Assembly (NCBI RefSeq): GCF_964355755.1
Contig: NC_092677.1
Span: forward strand, 23,733,175-23,797,174
Length of the DNA: 64,000 nt
Source of the DNA: Antedon mediterranea
Taxonomy: Eukaryota > Animalia > Echinodermata
Direction of reading: 5' to 3'
In this document: in pieces, positions 13,411 to 27,415 of the stretch
Layout: each line of letters begins with the position of its first letter
How positions within the stretch are numbered: position 1 is the first letter of the stretch
The notes under the pieces: model-generated
Database searches by the model: none
Told to the model about the DNA's origin: nothing
Seen by the model: only the letters and a program-made list of their open reading frames with translations
Program-made: the position numbers and the translations under genes

Positions 13411-15377
13411 TAAATAATTAAAATTTGAGAAAAGTGCAAACATCAGAATTGTTCTTTAAAGGGTATGGACAGTTGATGGTGCCTTGCCCAATCTACAGTA
13501 CATGTACGCCAACCCTAGAAAACATACATTTTACAAAACAATGTTAGAATTTAATAGTAAAATCATTCAACTTTGAAATATTTAAAGTTATCAAAAAACA
13601 ATCATTCAAACAATAAAAGAAAATAACTTTTTATATTGCAATATTTAAATTAAATAATACAAAAAAAAAATATTCATTTGTTTTCTTAAAAATGTAATTT
13701 GTATATGCCATGTCATACTTGGTATTTAGAAACAGTGATCTTTGTAATACCGTAGAAATTCTACTAGAATGTATTCAATGTATTTAGGAGACACTTTTCA
13801 CATAAAGAGCGAAGAAGCAGTGTTTTAACACTGCTGTCAACCCCTAATAATTGCACATTTTGTTTGGTCTCCAATTGGATTTCTACAAAACTTTCCTTGA
13901 AAACTATGATCTTATCAGATTGTTTGACCGTAAACAATACAATATTGTAACAATTATTGAAAGTCAGAAAATAATGCATAATGCAATATTACATTATTAT
14001 TAAGTGCAATGCTGTAAATGAACATTTTAACTAATGAAGAAATAAAAGTGAGTCTAACCCACATACGACAAAAAAAAAAACAAAACAAAAAACAAACAAA
14101 AACAATACAAAATTCAACAAGTGAAAATTAAATGTTTTAACTTTATGCTCTGCAGAAGGGTTATGTTGTTTCTTTTGTTGTCAAACAGACAAATCAAGTT
14201 AAGACTTTTTGTTATTCTAGTTAATTATCTTCACTGTATTATCTATTAAAGCACAACAATATTTAGCAAGATTATGATATACTTAATACCAGTAAAGCGA
14301 TTGATATATTAATGTTAATTCCAATAAATGTCTTGGAATTGTGCATATTGCTGCTAACAATAAACAACCTTGATTTTTATTTTCCATAATTACTTAATAA
14401 TGTTTTCATAAAGAATTATCTTATATCTGAATGGAAGTACTTCTTCTCTGCCTTGTCGTATATTAACTAACATAATACAATGTTACGGGTTGGATATTTT
14501 TACAGAATTTTCACGTAATTGTTGTACTATAATGAGCTTGAATAACTTAGTGAAACGGTTAATAATAACGGATAATTGAAACTTATCAGTTAGTATTCCC
14601 TATAGCAGTTTTTTTCGCATCCTATTAAGAATAATACGTTTGGGATAAGATTTCTTTCAATGCATGTTTGAAAACTCACACTTTTCACACTGATTGTCTG
14701 TGACCGCATTTCCTGTGCAATGTGTGCCACCTGTGTGAAAAGAACTATACAGTAATTTTATATACAAACGGATATAATTTCTAATTAATCCATATTTGAT
14801 TCATATTTAAAAGTAAATGCGATCGTTATAAACATATCTGCTATAATTTCACAAGTTTTTTTTCTTCTCAGATGCTTTGTATTCATTTAAAGTGTTGAAT
14901 ATCATTTGCAAGCATGTTAAAATTCTATTTGACTGTTAATTGATGAGGCTATAGCCCAAGGGCCGAAGGTTTCAAATTTAGATAGGTAAAACCATGTTTG
15001 TCACTGCAATGCGTAATAGATACGTTACTCTATTGAATGCTTATAAACACATTAACCCAAATAACAACTTTATTTAGATCCATTGCTGCGTTGTTATAGT
15101 AAGGAAATAAAGTGTATTGCGGTGTACGATACCTTATCTAAGGGAATTCCTATCAATTCATGCTATAATATACATCTTAATTAAATAATTATCAACAAGA
15201 GAGTGAGAACGGTTCTCATGTTGTACAAGGTTTTATAAGAAATGTATACCTACATATACACATCCCTCCTCTTGTGTTAACCTTCTCTGGGATACCTTAT
15301 CACCCATTAATACGATTGAGAGGTTTTCTAAAGAAATTGTTCTGGTGGGAATTTTCATTTGTGAAGCAAACAATTTC

Positions 15378-15858
15378 ATACCACAAAACCTCGATTTCAA
15401 GCCTTCCTTTCGAGATTACTTTTGCAAGCTAAAGAAGTGAATGGTGTAAATTTGTGAATTGCTACTGTAGTAATAGTATTTTTTAAACATTACCGGGCCT
15501 GCCAATTTTACATATTTGTGATACAAAATACCATTTTAAACTGTAAAATAAATGTACAATATAAACTTGATCATACTCTACATTATATCTGCATCACAAG
15601 TTATCTGGCATTAAATTACCGTGTTCCTTTAATATTCAAATAGTCTATCTCGAAGAGATAGACTATTCTTAAAAAGAAACCCCTATGAGCTTGATTTCAA
15701 GATGGGCTTCTTTTCAAGATTACTTTTGAAGATCGAAGAGATTGGCTTCTTTTCGAGATGGGCTTCTTTTTGAGATTGCTTTTGCAGATCCAAGAGATGG
15801 ACTTCTTTTTGAGATGAACTTCTTTTTGAGATGGACTTCTTTTTGAGGTTTTACAGTA
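15378..15858. mobile_element. Degenerate Tc1/mariner-pogo-like MITE with internal ~17-bp tandem repeat
   Basis: Left taccacaaaacctc vs right gaggttttacagta. (gagatgggcttcttttt)n at 15701-15848; 13-bp hairpin at 15639-15667. Confidence 0.55.
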
Positions 15859-16165
15859 TTTTATTTGAAAGTTGAAACTCAGTTATGAGTAATGACTTAT
15901 GATTACATGCAATACAAAATGTTAAACAACAAACAAAAGCAAGTATAAAAAATAGTAATTATAGTCAAAATTTAAATGTTTAGATGAATAATATAATAAG
16001 TAACATTTTATAAATATTTATATTATGCAGTAGAAACTAAAGATGCAGAAATTTTACAGGGAGATCACTTCATACTGTACTATAGGTTCAGTTAGTGAAA
16101 AAAAAATTGATTTGTAGTCAAATTTGTAAAAGGAACATTCAGATTCTACTTCTAGATACTGTTTG

Positions 16166-16855
16166 AACTAGAAAGCCACTCCGAGAGTGCATACCTCCGC
16201 CTACTGTAAAATTCTTGTACATAAGATTTCTCCGGGAAAATATATGTATATTTGTGTGTGTCTAAATTCTGTTTGTGATTTAGGCTAATTTCACTACATA
16301 CAAGCATGTGTGTGCGAGTTTGGCGTAATGGTTGTGTAACAAGCCTTTCAATTCAACAATATTCAGTTGACTAACAATAGAACAGCAACGCGAAAATCAA
16401 ACGAGTGAATTTGAAAAGAAATAGGTTTTTTAAACTAATCGCATAAAAAAAGGTGCACTTTAAATCAGATTATGTTTTAAAATTACAGATCACAAATTAT
16501 AACTCTTGCCTCTTGTACAAAAATGAAGTTTTTTGGACAAGTTCAAGAGAAAATGCAATTTCAGTTTACTTGTTACTTTAAGACTTTGAAAAATTCTGTC
16601 CTATCTTTTAACACTAGCAGGTCTAAAAAGTATACTAAAAAGTGGTCCAGAATTGGGACCGTGATCCCAAATGGTCCCAAAATTTAATGGAATGGTCCTT
16701 GACCACATATCTATCTGTATATTTTGGTAGAGATCTTGTAATGTAATTATTTTGTGAGTAATCCTCCTAATGCTAACAAACGAACAAACAGACAAACAAA
16801 TAGACAAACAAACAAACACACGCAATCGATTACATATATCTCCTTGGCGGAGGTA
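16166..16855 (+). mobile_element. Non-autonomous Helentron/HINE (DINE-1-like) element, copy 1
   Basis: Starts aactag; subterminal tacctccgcc is inverted at the 3' end ccttggcggaggta; (acaa)n microsatellite before the 3' hairpin. Near-identical copies at 20737 and 38600. Confidence 0.85.
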
Positions 16856-17624
16856 TATTATTGCATTCTATACAAAAGTGCACTGTAGGCATATTCCTAT
16901 ACTGTTAACAATTGGTAAAATTACTTTTTTTTGGAAAATGGGAGATATTTTTAAAATGGTAATGTTCCTGGCTGTGTAATTGGTTTCATTGATATTTTGA
17001 GTGTCTTAAAACCTTTTAATTGCTTACTGTTTTTGTTTGGTATTGCTGCCTAAAGTCTTAATCCTTACTGCCTCGTTAAAAATTCACTTTTGAAAGCTGA
17101 TTTGCCTCGAAGAAACGTTCAACTTCTAAAGGTTGTTATTTTTGTATTTTTTGCCACCTGTCATGTACACCACAGTAACATACAATCTGTGTGTGACTTA
17201 ATTCTATGTTTACCAACTCATTCTGTAAATTACTTCTTAGGCCTAATATGATGGAAGTGTTTTTTATGCAAGCTGGAGGGGTTGAAATTTGGATGTAGGC
17301 TTTGTGTTGTGTGGTCTCTAGAGCAAAAGTCAGTTTACATGACAAATAATAGCAAAATGGTTTGTCCGTAAAAAGCTTCCATATTAATTAATTCATTGCT
17401 TGAAAATGATCTTCATTAATGCTTTTAAATGACTATACACTTTATATTAAAGTGTCCAGTTTATACATGCTGTTAAAACATTTAAATTTGTTATTGAATT
17501 TAACAAAATTGTGTTTGTTGATTTATAAATCATTTATAAACAAGCAATTTAGTAAGTATACAAATATTAAATGTTAATCATCACCAAATTTTTATTGCAA
17601 ACATTCAATGTGTCTCATTAACTA

Positions 17625-17745
17625 AAGCCCATATATGGACACGATGCCATCATATCACTGCCATATTTGGGAATATCACTACCATATTTGGATACACCAC
17701 ACTTTTTTGTCAAACTAGTTGATAGTATATAGACAGAGCAGCTTT
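17625..17745 (+). mobile_element. MITE family A, partial copy
   Basis: cccatatatggac...gtcaaactagttgatag...gacagagc. Confidence 0.75.
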
Positions 17746-17969
17746 GATCAAGGTAGTAAGTGAGTCAGATCTTAGATAGTCCTAGACCAGGTCTGTTGGG
17801 ATACACTTTTGGGTTTACATGCAAGTTATGTTCTGTGAAAATTATGAATAAAAGAGAAGGAAAATATCACCAGTTTTTAAAAATAAACATGAAAGATCAG
17901 TCTTTGATGCAGGGCCAAGTTGTTCATGATAGAGCCTGACATGTACCATGCAATCTCTTTCCCCTGCCC

Positions 17970-18127
17970 TAAAGCTCTGTCTACAATATCAATATCAAAC
18001 AAGTTTTACAAAAACATTTGATGTATCCAACATGGTAGTGATATCCCCAAATATGGTAGTAATATGATGTCATCGTGTCCATATATTGGCACATCACATA
18101 CAGTTTGATAGTGTGGACAGAGCTTTA
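17970..18127 (-). mobile_element. MITE family A, inverted copy
   Basis: taaagctctgtctaca...gtgtggacagagcttta, with the internal repeats in reverse orientation. Confidence 0.85.
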
Positions 18128-18972
18128 GATGTATTCATATTTTGAACACAAAATGCTAAATCATAAAAACCTCAATAAAACGTTTGTCTGTTGAAGTACA
18201 ACAGGCCCATTTCAAATCTTTTAATAACCAATAAATAGTTTTTATTATTCTATTGAATTGTTCAGTGATTGTATCTTTAGGTTCTCGACAAATAATAGGT
18301 TTATTTGTTTATAGCCTCAGGCTTCTCAGGATTTCTATGGTATACTCTCTCGATAGGTACTACCTATTATAATGAGGTGATATTATCCTCAATCTGTATT
18401 CACACAGAATTTATAGCTACTTAATGATAGACAGGATAATAGACACTAGTGTACAATCTCATAAAGACAAATCATATTTTAGATATTAATTTAAAAGCAT
18501 GTTAGCGACTGCACAGCTATCAGCGAAAATTAATGATTGTTGATCTTATAACTTTTTCTATATTCAATGATGAATTTCTGTTTTGTTTGGAGAATCTGAT
18601 GCTTTCGCATAAGTGCTTAATATTCTCGGACTGTTTTCTTACAGAACTCATTAATACTTGGCTAGCTTATAATGTACGTCTGTATGTTTTCTTTAGTCAA
18701 CTTTAAAGCATTATAAATAGCTTTATTGCTTTCAAAAATGATATGAAAACAACTGTTACTCTTGTAAGCTATTATCCGTAATACTCTTATGAAAACAATC
18801 AACATGCTGTTTTAAAGAATTTATGATATCACCATGATCGTTACGGTGTACTGTGTTCAACATTCTCAGATATTGAATATAAAATTTAGTGTTATGAAGT
18901 TCTTCTGGGACTGTTACTGTATAACTAAAAGTTGAATTATTGGTAAAAAAATAATGATTTTGTTATTTTTTT

Positions 18973-19410
18973 TTGTAATTGTAGTTTTTTGTCAGGGAGT
19001 TGAGTAATTACACATGTTTTGCCCTACTCTGACATAATTTGTACTTTATACTAAATACATTTGAGAATACGTGCGAAAAAATTCGCAAGTAGTTCTCGGG
19101 TGGGACTCGAACCCACGACCTCCAGATCACTAGCCTGGCGTTCATACCTCTAGACCTCCGAGCATGCCCTGATGGCTAGTGGTTAGATTCGAGCCCAAGT
19201 AAGCAGCGGGTACTGCACCAACAGAATTGTAATTGTAGTTTTTTTTCAGGGAGTTGAGTAATTAGATGTTTTGCCCTACTCTGACGTAATTTGTACTTTA
19301 TACATTTGAGAATACTTGCGAAAAAATTCGCAAGTAGTTCTCGGGTGGGACTCAAACCCACGACCTCCAGATCACTAGCCTGGCGTTCATACCTCTAGAC
19401 CACCAAGCTT
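18973..19410 (-). repeat. Tandem 254-bp unit (1.7 copies) carrying a tRNA-like head on the minus strand
   Basis: Units start at 18973 and 19227. Reverse complement gctcggaggtctagaggtatgaacgccaggctagtgatctggaggtcgtgggttcgagtcccacccgag has A/B boxes and an anticodon-like arm. Confidence 0.85.
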
Positions 19411-20736
19411 AAATTAAAATAAAATTAATTAAATTAGTTATTTTTTTTCTTATTATTGGAGTTTTCATTTTTATTCAGGCATTGAAATGTTCTCAACGTT
19501 AAACTTAATACTACTTTAGTTGGAAATTGTTGGGTTGTACCACAACCTTTATACAGTACTTTCCTAAATTGTTTGGTTGTTGATTTAGTTATCTGTTTAC
19601 TAATTCCATGGCAAACACACTGGTAGATATCAAGAGCTCTGATATCAACAAGTCCATGTTGTTAAGTCACATGATATAAAAAGGCTTCATTAGCGTGCAG
19701 GTGATAGATTTTCTTTTCCTACCTCATTTGCATATAAAACAACATAGTACATTGTTGAAAATAGAGGGTATACCCCGGTGTACTGTATGCATAGCTGACG
19801 GAGGATACGATGTCACTGTTGGCGAGATGCAAGTTATAGAATTCAGGTTAAAGTTAAATTCACCAAGCAGTCGGATCTTTATGAAATAATATATTATTAA
19901 TAATTTTCATGTTATTTAATATAACCCTGCAGTTTGTGGAAATCTTCTTTATATCTTCAAGACAAAACCAATAATTTATCATCATTTATCATTTATTTTT
20001 GACTGGGAAATTTATTAAATGAAAAATAGTCAATTTTTTCAACCTTTTTAACAAAGACCTTTTTGATCTTTCCAAATTATAAAAAAGGGTGTCAAATGAA
20101 ATCGCTTGTGGAGAAACTGTTACAGGTCATTGTTTAATTGTCCAGAACTTTTAATATCTTTTTTTAAACTTTTGTTTGACTTATTAAACATTTTCAGGGT
20201 TTATAGTCCTATTATTAATTTTTTTAAATCATTGATAGCCACCACTGATTATTTTGCACTTGGCTTATCCAATTACAATATAAAGAAACATATTTCTAAA
20301 CGGATGACAAAGTTATTCGTTGCCATTGTTCTTTTGGCATAAGTGTGTTCCTTTCATTTTCAAGGACAAATTGTTTTATAATCACCACAGATATTAATTT
20401 AGAACATTTTTGTGGTTTACTTATAAATGTGTATAGATGTATACATTTCAGGATAATTTGTTTCAACAATTTCTTCACCAGTAAGATCATTATTATTACA
20501 AAAACTAATTTAAATTTGATCAAAGGAAGCTTAAGTCTAACCTTCATAAGACCCTGTTTCATCTTTCTTCTTTATACAACGTAATTTATTAACATTATGT
20601 AATTAATGAATGTAGGCCTGTATCATACAAATGTGTAACATTTTCTATTGAATTCAGTATTACATTACTACTGTATGACGTCCTATTCTTTATATATAAT
20701 TTAATTTATTCTTTCTTTTGACTGGATTGCATTTTC

Positions 20737-21408
20737 AACTAGAAAGACACTCCGAGAGTGCATACCTCCGCCTACTGTAAAATTCTACTACATAAGATTT
20801 CTCCGGTAAAAAAGAAATATATATATATTTGTGTGTGTCTGGCTAATTTCACTACAAGTATGTGTGTGCGAGTTTGGCGTAATGGTTATGTAACAAGCCT
20901 TTCAATTAACAATAGCTTCAGTTGACTAACAATAGAACAGCAACGCGAAAATCAAACAAGTGAATTTGAAAAGAAATAGGTTTTTTAAACTACTCGCATC
21001 AATAAACGTGCACATTAAATCAAATTATGTTTTGAATTTACAAATCACAAGTTATAACTCTTGCCTCTTGTACAAAAATGAAGTTTTTTGGACAAGTAGT
21101 TCTTGAGAAAATGCAATTTTAGTTTATTTGTTACTTTAAGACTGCTCGCCGGCTTTTGGAAAATTCTGTCCTATCTTTTAACACTAGCAGGTCTGAGTAG
21201 TATACTAAAAAAGTGGTCCAGAATTGGGACCATTGTCCCAAATGGTCCCAAAAATTAATGGAATGGTTCTTGACCACATATCTATCCGTATATTCATTTT
21301 GGTAAAGATCTTTTAATTACTTTTTGAGTAATCCTGCCAACAAACAAACAAACAAACAGACAAACAAACCCACGCGATCGATTACATATACCTCCTTGGC
21401 GGAGGTAA
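20737..21408 (+). mobile_element. Helentron/HINE element, copy 2
   Basis: Same termini and body as 16166-16855; 3' hairpin acctccttggcggaggt. Confidence 0.87.
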
Positions 21409-22039
21409 ATAATTTATTGTTTTATGTTATTTGATTTTGTTGGATATTCTCATCATCGTTTTTCTTCCACTGCTCCTTTATCAAAACATCTGGAGAATGG
21501 TACGACCAAAGCATCTGTTGTCATAGCAGTGTAGTCTTTATGGTGTGTAGTACTCAACATTCCGTGTTCCTTGCCATCCAGAGAACTCGCAAAAAAATAA
21601 GAAATAAAAATTACGGCTGGTTATTTAATCTCTTCTGAAGTATAAATTGTATAGTTAAGCTTGTTACTGTTGTTGTCCATCAAAAAAATTCATTCTATTT
21701 ATATTTATTTAAAAAAAATTAATGTTTCTAATCATTCAAAAAAAATTATTAACAAACTTACAAGAAAACAACAGAAATTGTCATTAGGTTATTATTTATT
21801 TACTATATTTAAATATCAATATTAAAAGTCTAAAAGTTTAAAACTTATTAGTATATTTTGCTATCACTGCTCAATAGATCCTTGCAATAGTGGTAGTCTC
21901 AAACAAACAAACCTAAACAATACGTAATAGATACTTTTTAAAAATCCGTACTTTCAACATAGATTTTCGTGTGCATATTACTGTAACGTGTAGTCCTTGA
22001 ATCTATTTCTCTTTCTTATTTTACCCGCTGTGTTCTTAT

Positions 22040-22400
22040 CACTTGATTTAGAGGGAACAGATTTGATTCAGTTTGGGTAAATGAGAAGATATTTTTGGTA
22101 AGCCTCTTAAAGAAAGGTAGATATCCTCTCAGCAGTTGGTAATTGCTAAGGTTGTGGTTTCGGTTACCCAATTAAAATTCACGCCAGGGAGTTGAGGTTT
22201 CGCATCAGGGTGTGGACCATTCAGTAGTAGACATCATGTTTGATTGCACCTATTTTAGGATGAATTTTGACAAATTTGTCTACATTAAATTTAATCATAT
22301 CAGTGGAAATATTTTTAGAAGAGCTTTATCATTTAGCAACGTGGTTAAATATTTTAAACTGATTTTATATATCTTTCAGTTCTTGCACACATCATCAAAC
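22040..22400 (+). mobile_element. Possible degenerate LINE ORF2 C-terminal fragment
   Basis: Frame-disrupted ...RYPLS..LRLWFRLP...DHSVVDIMFDCTYF weakly resembles the C-terminal Zn-binding region of non-LTR retrotransposons. Confidence 0.3.
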
Positions 22401-22479
22401 TTGTATGTTTTTTTTACCAGTGATTTATTGTTAATCACTAAATGTAATGACTTCAAATCAATAAAGAAAGACCATTTCA

Positions 22480-23060
22480 GTTTACTATGCCATGAATTCG
22501 GATGACTTTTGGTGTTTAGGACCTCCCTCATTACATGTGCGGGTCACGTACTCTATGAAAATGTGTTTGTTGATAAGCAAGGCTGTAAAATGTACATTCG
22601 TCATCTGCCAAAGGGTATTCAAGGATATTGGCGCGTAATTGGTCTGAAGGGAAAATCCACTGAACAGCGCCACATGTGGTCGACGAACTGAACTGTGAAA
22701 CGCATTAGTCACATATTTAAATATGGCATGCTCTCCTAAATTTCTCCAGTTACTTGACTGGCAAACTTGCAAAACAAAATTCAATTCTAGAGGGTGTGCA
22801 AGTTATTCAAATGTATGCCCTCAAGCCAAGGTGAACATCAATTAAAATTGGAAGATTCACAGTGGGTTATCTTCATAATCCCTGGTAGCATCTTTGGCAA
22901 TCAGAACGCGCAGGTGCGTGTGCGATAAAAACTGCCGGTTATTTAACTTCATACGTTATTAGGTGGCTGTCAATCACAGGGTGGGTCGCTGTGCTTGACC
23001 TCTTGGGTTGTCCGCCGGTATTTGGTGTCGTTTGTCAGTACAATACTGCTCCCGGGCTAA
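22480..23060. promoter_or_regulatory. Candidate intronic cis-regulatory module
   Basis: Unique, GC-elevated, no credible ORF. Contains E-boxes (CACATGTG, CATCTG, CAGGTG), TGTTTGTT, GATAAG and the decamer CTGTCAATCA at 22967. Function is inferred only. Confidence 0.4.
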
Positions 23061-24344
23061 ACGTATTGTACATACCATAGTTAAGCTGTCCTTTTTTGTC
23101 ACACTCAAAGTATAAATTATGTTTTGTATGAAAACATTTGCCTGTGTTTAAGTTTAGTGGGATAGCATATAATGTTGTTGGCCTAGAATAAACTTGTCAC
23201 AATTTTGTAAAGTATCCAAAACCAATTTGTAAATTGTCACCTCTTTGGTTAGCTGTCTCATAGTGTTATATGTCAAATGTGACAAATACCAGAAAACTAT
23301 ACTTTATTTTCACTTTAAACTTGTAAATGTAATTAAAAATAAAGATTTTCATTCTTTAATTATGTAAGTTAATTTTTTTACCTATATATTTTTATTTTTA
23401 TTCAATTTTTTTTTATCCAATTTTTTTTTTAACTTTCAATTTTTTTTTTCCAATATATTTTCATAAATTAATTTTGTTGTTTTTTAGTTATTTTTTGTCC
23501 TTTTTTTTATTACTTTTCATACATTTTTAAGCCAAAAAAGTAATAAAATAAAAAATACCCACAATACAAACAGTTGCAATGCACTTTTAGGAATGAGTCA
23601 GTGTCTCTTAAAAACATGTTTGCTGCCCTCTATTCTTCGCTTTTATACCATTTAGTTGCTTCACACAATACCATTATTTTTATGGGAAAAAAAACAAGAA
23701 AAAATTCTCTTAGCGATATTGGGTCTTAGCTTTACAGAATTAACAGTCAATTTATTTTTGTAAAAGACTAAAAATTGTGTATCAAGAAAATATAGCTGAA
23801 AATTGGTATGAAATTTAACTTTTTCCAGCGAGTTTCAGCATGGTAGTATGAAGATCATAGGTTTATGTCTCATCAGAGAGCAAACTTTTTGACCCATTGT
23901 TGTATGTACCAATTTATGCCTGAGTTGGGAACATAGTGCACCAATAGCAAGTTAAATATGAAAGCACAATACAAGTAAAAATTTAAATAATTTTGTTACA
24001 AATATATTTAAATGAGAAAGACAAGAGTTAAAATTATTATATAGTTATTACTGTATACTATTCAGCTGCCTTTTTCTTTGCAAAGAACATACCCAGAACC
24101 GTGATTAGAAATATATTTAAACAAATTAAAACACAGCTACGGGTTTTTATCTAGAAGTTAAGTTAATTATGATTATTTTCTTCAGAATAATTTAGTATAC
24201 CGTATAGAAACTATAAGTCTGATGGTCTAATGGAGTCAATCTAAAGTTATATATATTGTACACAAAATGTTACTTGTATGTACACAGTACAGTATATTTG
24301 AGAAAGAGAGAAATGCAATAAAAAGGTTAATAATAGTTATTTAT

Positions 24345-24600
24345 TTTTTTTTTTTTTTATATATTTAGGCAAATTGCCAAGGATAACCATAAGCAAATTC
24401 ATTCACTATCCTTCTTAAAGGTAGCAATCCGTTCACGAGACAAACATATACACACGATGCTCTACATTAACAAAGTCTTATTACAAGTCTTTGGGAGTGG
24501 AGTTATAAATTGTCATTAGAAAAAATCCTCACATATGACAGGACTTGAACCCAGGACCCTTGGATTGGCAGCCAAGCATCATAACCACCAGGCCCAACTC
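24345..24600 (-). mobile_element. tRNA-SINE, minus strand
   Basis: Reverse B box ggacttgaacccagg and A box taaccaccaggcc. The 3' end (ttaggcaaattgccaaggat plus poly-T) resembles the tail of the 13050 SINE. Confidence 0.78.
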
Positions 24601-27415
24601 CATTTACAGTAAAATAAAAACTACAGTTAAAAAAAACTTATACCTGTTATGTACACAGTATATCGTTTATATTGTATGCGGTACACATCCATATATAGCA
24701 ATATATATAGACATAGCACTATTCACTGTAATGCCTTTATGCTAGCTCATGCTAGCAGAAAACACAAGTTAGAACGCTAGGCCTAGTAGTCAATCCCGAC
24801 TATAGAAGCAGAAATTACCAATTTTTCAATTCAGGTAATCAAGCAAAAGGCAATGAAAGCAAGCTAAATTCCTGAGCAGAATTACCTTTTGGTGTTATAC
24901 ACTTTACACAATTAAAGCTGGGCCACCATTCTTTCTTATAAAATTAGCAAAATGTTGTTTATCAAAAATTGCATTACCAAACTAAATTTGATATTGTATA
25001 GTTTGGTAGCCGCTTATTACTTGAATCTGGGGCACCTTTCTTTCAAACATTGTTTTGCTTATTTTTACAAAGGTCAATGATTTAAAAAAAAAATCTATAT
25101 TAAATAATAAAACTATACAGTAAGTACCAATTTTGAATATATATTATGTATATATTATATATTATTATTATTATATATATTATAAAATGTTTTTGTTTAT
25201 CTTTTGCTTTGGTTTAAAAAATGTGTATAATTGTACAATTGTATTATTTGTTCAAGATGATTCCCAGCATTTTCTACCTATGTATATATAGCTTGTACAA
25301 GCTTAACATCAAATATATGTGTTCCATTTTTTTATGATACATTTTTATTTCCTTATTTATAAAATATATAAAATCGAAAAATGTACTTTATTAAGGTACT
25401 ATGTATTCAGTATTTGTAAATTATATTTATATTTTTAAACATACCCTAAAAAATAATAATTTGTGAACAATTTTAATGTCGCATATAAATATATTATTCA
25501 TGTTGACAAAAAATTTGATAAAAAAAGCTGTAATTTAAAGCATAGTTAAATTGTTTAGAGACTATGGGTTTTCTTTTATAAGTAAATAATCAGGTTTTTT
25601 TTTTTCCAGAAGTGAATTATATTATTATATAAAAACTGCAAAATCTCCTATTCAAAGTCTGATTTTGTTCAACCTCATTTGTCATACATCTTTAATTTGT
25701 AATTTGAAAAAATTATATCGACCAATTTCTCTATATGATTTTACTAATTTTTTTTATTAAAAAAGATTATATATATCATTTTTTACAGTTATAAATTAAT
25801 TTTTTTATAATAATGTATTAATTAAGAATCAAATAGTCATTTATTTATTTCATCGTGTTTATTGTCACAGAATTTCACTTTCACAGTAATTATCTATAAT
25901 GTTTACTCTTCACTTTAAAACATTTTAGTTAAAGTGTGATGGAATATGCAATCTTGCTATGAGATTGACTTTAACAAGTGAGATTCATTTCCATGCTAGC
26001 TTAGTTGAAGATTAAATTCTATAGAGATGTTCATGAGAGCCTATTAGCAATGGTGATAATTACTTAAATATATGAATTCCCTGAGAAGCATAGAGATTTG
26101 CATGTAAATTGCAGTCTGTCAAGTACATATCACTATTACATGCTACCGTATACAGATTAGGAAGGGCTAATTGACGGGGATATGTCCAGATGATGCCCCG
26201 AGAACTTAGGCCCTGGTGGAGCGCGTCCCACGAGGGGCTAGGATTAGCTTTAGAATGGTCTGTAGAACAAGGCAAATTCTTCATTCGGTATTATCACAGG
26301 CGCAAATCATTTCTGCTTGATATCATTCATAAAATTAAGTCAAACTTAATAAGAACACAACAAATCACAGATAATCTTTAGTATTATTCTGTATTTAGTG
26401 TGATTTTAATCTTCATTTTGTCCCTAACTTTGGGGTATTACACCCAAGGGGTATTTTATTATAATATGGCTTAAAAATAGGGTTTTGTAACCCTTTTCTT
26501 GATCCAGAGTTTCTTAGATTAAACACAAAGGTAACTTTAATTCTAATCATATTTTTCACAATGTCTAAAGATAACATCTGTGAATTTGAACATTACTTGT
26601 AAGATTGTTAAAGTGTTTAATCGTAGAGAAAATAATTATATTTTCTAGTCTTTTTGCCAGTACATTGTATACTGCAGAGCTGTTTTTTTTTTCTTAAAAA
26701 ATCTTCATGACCTAAACAGTACATATGCACTTATTTTCCAATGTTCTCTATTAAATGTTACCCAACTGTTTAAAGAAGGTTGTATAAAGAATGAGAATTG
26801 ATACCAATAGTCAAATAATGAGTATACACTGAGAAATAGATACACATACTTGATCATTTCAAAACTACAATACTTCAGTGACACGACTAATGAAAAGTAC
26901 TTTGACCACGGTTTCTTTTCATTCTAAATAATAGTTTTGACTTTTTGTTTTCTGGTTTTGTGATTACAGTGCAGGAGGCGTGCTTAAGCAGAAATGCACA
27001 CATTCAGCTTCTGTTTACAGACTTTGTATAATATTCGTTTCTGTGTTCTGATGGGAGTAAAATTGTCCTGCCGTGTATATACTTTGTCTTTTGTTAGCCA
27101 GGCTGCTGAGTATGTCTGTTAGGCTGAATGTGAGCTGGTTTTATTGGTGTGCAAATAACGTCATTAGCTTCTGGCCATTTCGGGTATATCTGTTATTCCC
27201 TGTTGTCGATCAGGCTTACATTGAAATTGAGAGCTGATTGGAAAATATAGAAAAAGAAAATAGTATGAAAAAGTGCATTCAACTAAAATAAAAAATAATG
27301 AAAAGTGGGTCATCTTTTAAGGAGTCATACTCATAGATTATTCTGAGTATTTTTACAGCATAGTTCAAAGTATAATTAATTTTTTATAATAGTATTATCG
27401 TTTTCAAATGACTGA

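Noticed and set aside
19090-19165. Functional tRNA-Thr(AGT) gene
   Set aside because: Imperfect acceptor and D stems, embedded in a tandem repeat, and the second copy has a mutated T loop.
19930-20580. Possible L1/Tx1-like LINE remnant on the minus strand
   Set aside because: Composition is suggestive but no diagnostic motif could be read.
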